64,000 bases of DNA, taken from NCBI GenBank assembly GCA_054600435.1, contig BAAIJX010000001.1:868001-932000 (forward strand). Direction: 5' to 3'. Below the pieces are notes generated by a model, which saw nothing but the letters and a program-made list of their open reading frames with translations, had not been told where the DNA came from and searched no databases. This DNA is from Neophaeotheca triangularis (Eukaryota). The position numbers and the translations under genes are program-made. Shown piece after piece: positions 44,936 through 56,092 of the stretch; the stretch's first letter is position 1, and the number at the start of each line of letters is the position of its first letter.

Positions 44936-47221
44936 ATGTTGCGTACCAGTCTCCTCGCTTTGATTCTGAGTTGGCGGCTTGTCAAGTGCGCGCCTCACGG
45001 TAGGTTATGTCACCTCTAGCCGGCATCAAGAGCGCATAGCTAATGCAGTGAAGCCCCTCGCTACCCAGTCCTCGGGGGAAATGCAACAAGTAGCCTAGAC
45101 TTTGCATCGTCGACTGTCGAGGAGGGCAACAACTCGAATCCGACGGAGACGGCACGACCAGACGTCCAGGGGACCCTAGCTTCGAGCACCTCGATCAAAA
45201 CATGGCCAATCGTCACTCCTTCGCCCTACGCATGGAGCGATGCGAAGCCACTAAACGGGACTTCGACTCACTCAAACACAACTACCTTGCACATGTTCCC
45301 TAGCCCAATAATAGCAACGTCCGAACTTACACTCGATGTCCCAAACACCCGAACGACTACAACCGACGCCGTATCACAGTCCAAATCATCCGCCGTGTTA
45401 GCCTCGGAGTCCGGCGCCAGTACACAGACTATGAGAACGATTGTCCCATTAGCCCCGATCATCGAGCAGACCCGGATCTCCCTCGATGTACCAACTCCAG
45501 ACTCCACAAGCACGCGCGCGGTATCCAGTTTGCACGCCAAGGGGACGTCAAACTCACTTGGCGTATCAAAGGCGTCGGCACAGCACGACCGAGCCACTCA
45601 TACAAGCACGCGCGGAGTATCCAATTCGCACACCAAGGCACCGCAAGACCCCCCTGACACGACAAGGAGGTCGGGCGACTCGGGTCAGCGCAGCGAAATG
45701 TCTCGTACCAGCACGAGACCATGGGTAATGTTCACACCCAAGGTCGAGAAGACAGGCTTAGTTCCAGACATCCCTACGGTTGTCGGACACGGGCCCGCAA
45801 CCACGAAGAGTGCTCAAAAGCCTACGAACCACCACGGCGAGCATGATTACATCGTGCCAACCACCTACTACGCTTACCAACACGACCACTCGAGTCGTGT
45901 GGCCGGTAATGGTGCGTCGGAGCGAGTCACTCTCACAGCGATGCCAAAACCTATTATCAAGTCCTCAGAGACCGCCCTCGACGTACCTGGACTTCCCACC
46001 AAGTCACCTGGTGGCAGCGGTAGCGGCAGCAGCAGCAGCGAGCACATCATAGCAATCGTGCCCGGGTCCGATGCCAAAGACTCTGACCTCACGGGCACCA
46101 AGACGCTCAGGGGCAAGGACGGCGTCGAGACCGTTCTCATCGTGCCAACTTCAAGTGCGGATGACCTTCCGGCAGAGACGGGGCAGAACCCTGCAAAGGC
46201 CAGCTCGATCGAAGACAACACTTCGCCATTGCTACCGCACGCCTTTGCGCTCGGTTCGAAGACGCTGTCCGCCGGTTCATCCGCCATCGTTGAAGAAGGG
46301 ACAACCTACTCGCTCTCCCCTTCCGGCAACGTGCTATTCGTCAACGGCGCCGCTTGGGCAGTACCCACCGACGCCACAGCTACCGCAGAAGGCGAAGGGA
46401 CGGCACCAAGCTTTCCTTTGAAACCCACAACTGTGCCGTCATCAGACAAGCTACCACATGCCTACGCCTTCGGATCGAAGACGCTCTCCGCCGGCTCTTC
46501 AGCCATCGTCGAAGAAGGGACCACATACTCACTCTCGCCCTCCGGTAACGTTGTCTACGTTGACGGCGCGGCGTGGGCTGTACCCACCGATGCCACGGCG
46601 GACCTAGAGGGCGATGCAACGGCCATGGGCTTCCGCTTGGAGCCCACAACCGTGCCGTCCGCGGTAGAACTACCGCAGCTTTACACTCTCGGCTCGCAGG
46701 TCCTTGCCGCCGATTCTCCAGGCATCGTAAAAGGGGGCACAACGTACTCGCTTTCGCCGTCTGGGAGCGTGGTCTATGTCAACGGCTCACCTTCTCCAGT
46801 AACAGAGATCGTTGCCAGTGCTTCCGAAAGTGAGAAGGCTGGCGCTGGCGAAGGCGATTCTTTGGCTTCAGCGATCATAGGTGGACTTGACGGACACGGA
46901 GGTACAGCTGGGGCCGTTTCTGCGACGGAGACAGCCCCGTTATTCACCGGTGTCCCCATTACGAGCAAGGCCGGCGACACTGCTACTGCTGCTGCTGCTG
47001 CTGCTGCCACCACTGCCACGGCCGCTTATGGACCTGGGTCGAACGCGGGTAAAGACTCGAACTCTCCGAACAACGGCAGCGGCTCAAGGGGAAGCACAGA
47101 CCAATCTCCTACCGGAACAGAGAGCGCAGTGGCTGCAGTACAGACGAATTCCGGCGCCTTCCCGCGAGTGCTTCCAGGCTTGGGGGTAAGCGCCATCATT
47201 GCAATAGGCGCTTTTCTGTAG
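44936..47221 (+). CDS. Ser/Thr-rich secreted, probably GPI-anchored cell-wall protein with internal repeats (about 743 aa)
   Basis: Exon1 44936-44999 encodes signal peptide MLRTSLLALILSWRLVKC; intron 45000-45053 (GTAGGT..GCTAAT..AAG); exon2 is in frame with ORF 45287-47221. C-terminus QTNSGA + hydrophobic tail resembles a GPI signal. Confidence 0.82.
46232..46790 (+). repeat. Intragenic tandem repeat, 219-bp (73-aa) period, 2 full + 1 partial copy
   Basis: Units start at 46232, 46451 and 46670 (LPHAFALGSKTLSAGSSAIVEEGTTYSLSPSGNVLFVNG / LPHAYAFGSKTLSAGSSAIVEEGTTYSLSPSGNVVYVDG / LPQLYTLGSQVLAADSPGIVKGGTTYSLSPSGSVVYVNG). Confidence 0.9.
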
Positions 47222-47264
47222 ACTCTAGGATAGATAACGACCATGACGATACAAGCATGCTTCA

Positions 47265-47700
47265 TCATCCACTGCGCACAAACATCAAAAGATCATCTTC
47301 GCCGAGCCGCGCTTTCATGCTTTCGGTGACTTTCATCGCATTCTGTGGATGATGGCAGCCGGTTAGCTTGGAGCCCTCCCAGCCGCAACTTTCATAGACA
47401 AGCCCAGCTAAGCTAGAGTTCTTCCAGGGCTGGACGCCTTGTCTTTGCGTAAGGACGATGGTGACGATGAGCAGCGTCACGGGCGTCAAGACCAGGAACA
47501 AAGGCAGCGCTATCCAGGCCCAGCGGACTTTGATGTTATTCTCTGTGCGTTAATTAGCGCCAGGTTGGGGCGTACTGTTTGAGCTTGTCCTTATGACTTC
47601 AGTCGTGCGGGCTGCGATATTTTCGAACTGGCCCGTGGGAGTAGCGGTTCCGTTGAAGAAGCCTTGTAAGATGGATGCCTTTGTTTGGGAGTCCAGAGCG
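47265..47700 (-). pseudogene. Relic of a DUF3176-like fungal membrane protein gene (C-terminal part)
   Basis: Frame reads ...GFFNGTATPTGQFENIAARTTEVIRTSSNSTPQPGAN*RTENNIKVRWAWIALPLFLVL..TIVLTQRQGVQPWKNSSLAGLVY, with an in-frame TAA at 47552-47550 and further stops upstream. VRWxW..LP and WKxSSLA recall this family. Confidence 0.6.
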
Positions 47701-49236
47701 CTGGCAACTCACACAATCAAGAGGCTGCAACCGCGGGATCCGGCGTGCCAACGAACGCTGCCATCCCGGCTGACAGGTGGACTCCTTGGTCTCGATTCTT
47801 GCCAAGTCGTGGTGGCAGGCATTGCTCGTCTCCGTCGCCAGAGACAGCTGGAATAACCAGCGAGATCGGAGCAATGAGAAAAGCCGAGAAACCTCGTAGG
47901 ATGGATGCGTACAGGTCTTTGCCTAGGTATTGCAATTTAGGAGCTTTATTAATGAGGCGGTGCAGTGCAAGCTTGCAATGAAGGGGACGGGGCCAAAACC
48001 AACCCACCCAATGGCAGCACTTGTCCTGACTTTCCGGTGAAGAAACGCAGCGTTTCACTGAGTCGATTACGTCGATTGTCATGAAGGAATCGAGGAACAG
48101 CAGAGGTTGGGGACTACCTACCACCTAGTACTCGTAGCTGAACTCGTCCTTTTTACGCACTGTGTAAAAGCTACCTACGACTTCAGGACGAGAAACGCAC
48201 TTCACAGGGTATCTACGGTGCTGTGGCTGGCCAGTGAGAAGAGTAAAAACCGCGATTTAGGGCTGTTCTCTCTCCGTATGACGTTCGAAGCGCAATGCGG
48301 ATGCATACTGTAGATGAATGAATATACGAATAAATGGATATACGACTAAATGAATAGATGAAGAAAGGAATAGATGGATGAATAGATGGATGAATCATAA
48401 ATCGATCCTCGACATTGTGACGTACAACGGGCGTCAACGGGCAAAACTGGAAGTGCGCGCAAGCTGGAATGCACCAGGACGTGACCTTTCCAAAGAACAC
48501 CTCACTTCAGATGAACAAATGAGGCTTCGATAAGAAACAGCAAAAGCAAAAGCGTCGACTCGTCAACTAACTGAGTTGCTCATCAAGTAACACACAACCA
48601 TGCGACTACCTAGCTGTCACAAGCGCAACAGCATCCATGATCCCGAATCCCGACCCGACCCATGAGTCTTACAAGAGACAAAGAACCCAAGCTCGCGAGA
48701 TGATCCAAACACCGCCATTATGCAGCAAAGTGAAAGCCCCGCCATCCGTTAGCTCCCCCCTGTGCTATACCGACAGACATCGAGAGACCGAGAAAGGGAA
48801 ATCGCCAACTTGTACAGTAGGTAGTGCGGCCCGCAGCCTCCTGACCTGGAAGCCGGATAAGAGAGGTGGTGAGAAATCAAGGAGTGAACAAGCCCGCTGC
48901 TCGACGCTTGAGAGTTCGTTGCCAGCTTTAACCTCGCAGCCTGCCCTAAGGAATATCGTTCGTCGGGGCTTCTGCTCATCGGTGCTGGTGACGCCTTCCG
49001 TTCGCGGAGACATGCCAGAGCTCTGAAAATGCGGCTTTGCGCTTGCTTGCTTGCTTGAGTCGACGGAACTTGTTGCTTTGGAGAAATGCCACGTGTGATT
49101 CGTAAATGAGATGAAAAGACGGTACATGGTGTGCTCTGGTGCAGTGCGGAAAAGGCTCTTATTATGTGATCTGGGATTCTGTGTTGGTTTTCATCGACAT
49201 CGTAGGCGCGCAGGCTCGGCCTGCCACCTTTTCCGC

Positions 49237-50497
49237 TCAAGCGTCCATTTTGCCGAACATGCCTTCGTCGGCATCGTCCATGCGTGAGTTTTGGGGCTCG
49301 TCTTCAGAGCTGGACTCTTCTTCCATGTCCACATCTTGCTCTTGACGGTAGTCGTTGAACCCATTTGCGCGAGTGGAGGAGCTGGCGCCGTAGCTTTGGT
49401 ACTTGGCTGGGAGCGGAGGTACGGGAGGGACATCTTGGGGAAGACCCGAAGCTCCGCTCTTGGGCGTACCGTAGCTGCAGCTGAGTAGATTGATTGCCGC
49501 GGCGAGGTCCGCTGGATCCTCATCACGGTAGCTGTCTGTGATCGAGGTAGCGGCTGTCGCTGGCTGCTTGTGACTCGAAGAGCTCCAGTTACGGACATGG
49601 TCGAAGCCCTTCTCGTGCGGCATGCTTTCGGACGAGAAAACCGACTGATAAGAGCGAGAGTAGGCGCTGCTACTGGAATTGCTAAAACGTTTTCCGTCTT
49701 GTGCCGGTGGTGGTGTCGTCTCAGCTGAGCTCGGCTCCTCACGCGCGTCAGAAGACCCAGAGGCAGCCGGCGATGCGGAATTGTCACTGTCATTGGGCGT
49801 GCCATTCTCCCCGTTCATGGCCACGAGGACCGATGCCGCCTCCAGTAGCTGTACTTGCTGGTGTTTCGAAATGAGAAGCTTAGACGTAACCTGCCATTGA
49901 GGAGTGTGCTCCCAGCTAGGCGAGATACGTCAGCGTCTTTGATTCTCCAGCCAACATGCCACCCGGCTGGGCGGGAAATACTCACAGATGCTTGTTGAGG
50001 CAGCTGCCGTGTTTGTAACCCTTGCCACAGTGCTCACATCTCAGTTCTGCAGCGGCCGCCTTTTCCTTCTTGGTCAGAGCAGTGCCATCGCTTGCTCTAC
50101 GTGCCCTGACCTTCGCGCCACTCTTGTCTGCGCCCTGGTATGAAGCCATTGGAGGTCCTTCTGAGACGGCGCTTGATGAGGGTCGGTCAGGTACAGAGCC
50201 GACTTTCAAGTTGCTCGTCCCTTCGCTTAAAGAGCCGAGCCCTCCTTTCGCAGCGGCACTACGACGATTGACGCTGACCGAGCCATCTGCCACGCCACTC
50301 TCCACGGCAGCCTCGATAGCTGCAGTGTTGGCGCCTGGTGCAAAGGACGAGCTCTTGCGCCGATTGATGCGGTTGTTTGCACCCAGAGTCCCGTGTGAAA
50401 CAGTCTGGGAGTGCGTTCTATTGTAGGAGTGGCGGGTTGGGAGGCTAGAGGCAGGGGAGCCGACGGACAGCCTGTGTTGGCTGTTTGGACGCGACAT
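49237..50497 (-). CDS. Single-finger C2H2 zinc-finger protein
   Basis: Exon1 50497-49986, intron 49985-49916, exon2 49915-49237. The junction completes CEHCGKGYKHGSCLNKHLWEH, followed by TPQWQVTSKLLISKHQQVQLLEAASVLVAMN. Probable 5'UTR intron 50564-50502 directly before CACCATG. Confidence 0.88.
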
Positions 50498-53400
50498 GGT
50501 GCTGACAAGGCTGGCGTTAGCAATGGATGGTACCGTATGTAACGACGTGCCTGCAGGTGCGTACTGTTAATGTCCTTGACAGACTACGAATAGTAACTAG
50601 TATCGAGACCAAAAAAAGTTGCCGTTGAGATCGGCAATCTGGAGAAAGGCAACAAAAGAGCTCTTTGTTGTGTTTCAGGCGGGACGGTGGCACAGCCTCG
50701 CTTGCTCGTCCAGACGAAAGAGCTTCTCGCGGGCAGGCTGTCAGGGCGAGAAAGACAACAAAGCGTTCTGAGGGAGTGGTACGGAGTGGTTGTGGGCTTG
50801 CGGCGGGTGAGTGGTATGGTATGGTACAGGTGTTTCTGACAACAGAATGCCCGGTCGAGGGAATGGGGGGAGCAGCAACGATCCCCGCTCTTGTGCAACA
50901 ATCAATGTGGATCTTGCTGGGATAGGGCGAACCGGGATCGGCAGAGATACTTCTGATTGAGGTGTCCTTGACTTCTTGGCCTTTGAGTATTGTTGGTTAA
51001 ACTAAAAGTCGAGCAACAAAAGGAGGCTGAATGGTATGGTAGTAGGTAGGAGGGAATGTTTGGTCTAATCGAGGAAGAGCGGATGAGGGTTCAGGTAAGT
51101 TCAGTTATTATTATTTAGGCGCACTCGTAGAGCACCTGACATCTATACCTTAGGTACCCGTGGGTATTGCCCTGTACAGTATTAGTGACCCACCTCGTGA
51201 CTAAACCGAAAGTGGCTGCGCTCTCGGATAAGCGCTGTGCGCCATAGAAGATGGAAAAATAATTAAGAGTATCATTATTTATTGTTCTTTTTCGTGCACG
51301 AGCAAGATTTCCGCTTCTGCCTCTGTAAGGTAGGTAGCCTCATCACGCCTATCACTTCCTCTTGGGTCGTATCTGGCTATTCGTCGCGGGTGATCTGATC
51401 TCCCACAAAATGGTAATGCTGATGATAACGACACCCAATCCCCAAGTTCATGCTTCCCAGGCAAGGGTACCTACTAGTAGTCTAGTACCTACTACCTATG
51501 GATAGGCGGCATGCGAATCTGGGGCACGCGGTCTGGGCTCGACCCTGATAGTACCCAAGGGGTTATTGCGGGTCCGATGATACGTATTGACCATCGCTCC
51601 AATGACATCTCACACGACTCGCACTCCTCAGGAACCAGGAACTTGCCATGTGCTAGCAGCTATCGAGTCTGTCTATCTCCCAGTACCAGCAGACTGTATC
51701 CAGTAAGACACACTCAAACTCAGTCGTGCTTTCCACCCACCATGCCGCCATACTCTTGATTGATTTCTTGACGAGGCTGCAACCGACAGCACCTCAGCTG
51801 GAGAGCCTGCTACGGCTATCGCTGCGTGGCTGAAGAGGCCGAAGTCACCTCAGCCAACATCATCGGACGATCGACGGAGCGGGCGGGCCTCCACCCTTCT
51901 CCAACTAATGCACGGCCATTCGGCTCCAAGGCAAAGTGGCTCCTCTGCTAACTTAATCATGAGCTGTCGACTGTCGAACTTTAGGCCTTGCTAACGCCTA
52001 TTCTCGGACATGTCGCCGTCCGATACTTTTTTGCGACTTCAAGAAGCACTCGAGTACAGTAGCACTTGGCTGTTGATCGTCTCCATAGTCCTTCGGGTGT
52101 GCCTGAAGCCGGCAAAAGAAGCATGAAAAGTCCATTCTGCCTCGTGCATCCGATGCACGCAGCACGCTCGAGCAAGTAATGGACGCCGGCAGGCGATCGT
52201 CGAAGCCTTCCACTCTCGCCATTGCGGCACCGCGGGACGGCCTTGCCCTCCGACGTAGACAATTCAATTAGGTATTGTTATTATTGAGGCGCAGTTGCAA
52301 GACGCCACATGATCTAGGAGGGCACGTATGGATCAGCTAGTTCGGCGACTCGGCAGACTACCTATGATGGCTATTATTCACATGGAGGGGGCGGGGTTTA
52401 GGAGCATTTATGCATCTAGCATCCCGACCCCTTCCAACTCGATCCAGACCCTGCGCTAGGAGGAGGCAGCAACTAAGCAGACGGGAGGGTTTATTAGGCG
52501 CATAAAAAGGACAGGTGTAGCATGCTTTATCGAAATTCGGAAGAAGCATCCTTGTCTCGCTATTCATGTTTGTTCCGCAAGCGCCTATGTTTGACACGTA
52601 GGTACCGTTCGAATAATCCGGTACGCAAGACTGGCGTTGGCGCGACCGCACGGCTGACGACAAGACTTATACTAGGCACGTCCAGCTGAAGGTATTGTAG
52701 CCATTGAGACATTATTTTGGCTACTGGACTGGACAGTTGGACAGTCTTTGATCCTAGTCGGCATCCGGTTGGCTTGCGGAGCACTGTTCCGAATGGTGAC
52801 CTCGAGTCTTGGACGCGTCTCTGAGTTTGATGCTTGACGCGAAATGCTTCAATATTGCTCGTGCTTTACCACCCATCAACCTTGAACAACTGATAGCCTC
52901 GCGTCAGACCATAGGAAACCAGCCCGTCGATTCTTCAGATATCGTCACACACTAGGGTTTGCATATTTCGAGGCGTACCTAGGTACGTCGGAATCGCGCG
53001 CACTTCTCATCTCACGCGAGACGTAACGCGGGAACGCCAACCAGGTCTTCCGACCTCTGGGTCCGAGCGACAAGGAAGTGTTGTTTCTTCAAGCATCGGA
53101 TATCAAAGGAAAGATCTCTGCCGAAAGAGGGAGGTCGTCGGCGAAGAGAAAAACAAAATCGCATCGCTGCTGCCTCATTGATCTGGATAGGTACCTTTTA
53201 CTTCCCTCCCGATCGTTCCCGTCCCTCCTGCCCGCTTAGTCATAACGGCAGACGGCTTTCAGGCTGCCGTCCTCCGAAGATTCACATTTTCTTGCTGCAT
53301 GCAGGTGGACTGAGCATCCACAAACCTACCAAACCCGATCCTCAAGTCTGCCGAAAGTGTTCCGCAAGACTTGGCCGCTGGCCCTTCTAAGAAGCCTTAG

Positions 53401-53707
53401 ATTTCGGAGAAAGCACGTCGCGCAACAGCATCGCACACTCTCACGTGTGCTAGGTAGGTCAGCAGGTGATAGAAGTATCGCAGCATAACACGAGAGAGAA
53501 GGACTCGTTAGATCCTTCTGCTGTACGACCAGGTGGATCCTCGAAGCCGGTCTCAGCGGACTTTAGAAAGACCGAAGTTGCGCGAGCCTTTAGTAGGTGA
53601 TATTATAAAGTCTTCGCCCACTGCAGCTGCTCAAGAGACCACAATACTCTTTCCCAGCCTCCAACAGCGATAGACTCCAGAGCAAAGCTTGCCACGGATT
53701 CGACACC

Positions 53708-54860
53708 ATGTCCACTCCCTCTACGAATGGCAGTGGGCAGCAGGAGCGTCGAGGCGTGTACCTTATATCGCATCCCCGAAGCTGCAGCAACCTCTTTATG
53801 CGTATGCTCAGCGAGCAGCCGCATGTCAGACAACTGCATTACTTTTTCACGCCGGCCTTGATGGCTGTGCAGAAGGGGTTGCCGAATGGGCCTTTGAAGG
53901 ACATGCCAGAGAGCGAGAGAGAGGAAATTTACGGTGCTTACCGTGAGTGCTACGAGAAGTTCGAGGATGAGGTGTGTTAGAGCATCGAGAGACGTGCTAT
54001 AGCGAATGGAGGATGCTGACCAAAGAAAAGCTGCTGAGGGTCGAGCGCGATGTCCGTCTTATCAAGTCACATCTACCTACCTCCTAAGTTACTGCTGACC
54101 ATTACCAGCAAGTCCCGCGGGGTGCTCTTGTCAAGGAACACGCTGCTTTCATGCTCCAACCAGGCAAGGTCTTCCAAGCAATGCATCCAGAAGAGGATGT
54201 GCCGCCGCTGCAACTGCAAAGCAAACTGGGCTACTCCCAGCACTCGAACCCCACGGTCTTGCCCGACGAGCTCCTGCTTTCGATGCAACCTATCTTCTTG
54301 ATTCGCAATCGTAAGCCTTAGATCTTTACCAGACAATGTTTCCACTGGGCCTGAACTGATGGAAATCCCTTAACGCAGCTATCCGAATGTTCCCCTCCTT
54401 CGCCGGTGCTAGTCGCAAAGCCAGTTTTCCAGGCGGACCGGATCGCTTCACCCAAGAAGCGAGCCTGTCCCTCACTGGGCCGCGCCAGGTCTACGAATGG
54501 TACACAGCGCAAGCAGACGGACCGGCACCGAAGATCCTCGACGCGGACGACCTGATGTCAGACCCTTCAGTGGTTCGGAAGCTGTGCGCCGAGGTCGGCC
54601 TGGATCCCGAAAGTGTCATCTACGAGTGGGCCGAGAAGGGCGATGACCCGGATCCCCTGAAAAAGGCTTTTCTCTCCACGGTCGACAATTCTAGTGGCAT
54701 TCTGCCCGGTTTCGATGCCAAAGGTTTGACTGTCGACGAGGAGGTGGTTAAGTGGAGAGAGCAGTTTGGTGAGCAGAATGGCAACGATATTGCGGCTATG
54801 GTAAGGGCGGCGATGCCGGATTATGAGTATTTGCGCAGTCGGAGGGTCACTTCGAGTTGA
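53708..54860 (+). CDS. Sulfotransferase-like P-loop protein (about 322 aa)
   Basis: Exons 53708-53971, 54031-54051, 54109-54310, 54379-54860. LISHPRSCSNLF resembles the 5'-PSB loop; VKEH, NPTVLPD, FLIRNPIRMFPS (3'-PB-like) and ILDADDL follow. Confidence 0.75.
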
Positions 54861-55894
54861 GACTGTGATGCTGCTTTTTTATGGGCAGGTTTGTGGCGCT
54901 AGAGCAGCCATTTCTGTACAGTTTTTGAGGGATGAAGTGGCTGTAATTCTAGACTCTGCGTCGTCAAATACTTTGATATACCGAGAGTCTGAGTCTGGAC
55001 GATGTGTTGCAATATATGTACGGGGAACAGAGGGTATACCTAGGTAGGTAAGGTACCTAGGTGCAATAGAGATAGAGTTACCAAGCATCCGCCATGGCTG
55101 GAGGGCGTCGCGTGGTATATCTTGGCGGTTCGGGTACGTTTACATAGCTGATACAATACCTCGACCGTCGATGCGGACAGAGGACCATGCGCTATGATTG
55201 GCATCACCTGACAGTGGTCGGTCGGTATTCACCAAGCCGTCGAGGTATGTTTACATGTTGGAGTGGAATGGAAAAGTTCACGACAGATTCGGTATGGCCT
55301 GGAATGGCGCCGGATAAGAACCAAAGAGCATCCTACCCTTGACCTGCATATCACAGTAGTGGCTCATTTCAGGCCTGATAAAAAGCAGCTATTGCTAGCA
55401 TTAGTACTTGGTCCAAAGACCTGCCTGAGGTAGTCTCACGAGGATGAAAACAGGTTGTCTTGACAGGGAACGCAAACATTCGCACATGCCCGGACATTGT
55501 TGTCAGACAGACCCGACTCCAAGTTCATCTTCGAGTCAATCTCGGGGCAAACCCAATTGGCTCTGACTTAGACGTGAGTTCTGCGGAGCCCCGCTAGGGT
55601 CTTTGGTCTTTGCTCTTTCGAGGTTCCCCGTCTTCAAACTATCTAGTTTTTCTAGACGTAGTCAATTGATGTTTCTACTTTGCTTCAAGACAGGTAGGAA
55701 ATATACATAACCTAGAACACCTACTACCTACCTAGTAGGTAAGGTACCTTACCTTTAAGTAGGTAGGGCGTCATCCTAGCGCGGCCTAGCACACCGGGCT
55801 ACCTAGCTCCCGTGCCAATCCCACCTATGAGACCGTGACCTACATGTTCCAGGTTCAATTCCTTGGTTCCAAGGCTGTCCTACATAATAACTAA

Positions 55895-55936
55895 TACCCC
55901 TAGCTCAGGTAAGGTTACCCCTAGCTCAGGTAAGGT
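55895..55936 (+). repeat. Exact 21-bp tandem duplication TACCCCTAGCTCAGGTAAGGT x2 upstream of the GT90 gene
   Basis: Copies at 55895-55915 and 55916-55936 read directly. Confidence 0.85.
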
Positions 55937-56092
55937 AGGCAAGGCTGCACGCAGAGCTGTTGCCTGCTCGCTCATCTTGTGTAATTTTTGCTCTCCTTGC
56001 TCTCTTTTGTCTTCCCAGCATCCATCTTGCTAGCCGGATCATGTACATACTACAGCCAAGCTAGAGTCGCCTTCGAGGACCCCCGAGTCAAC

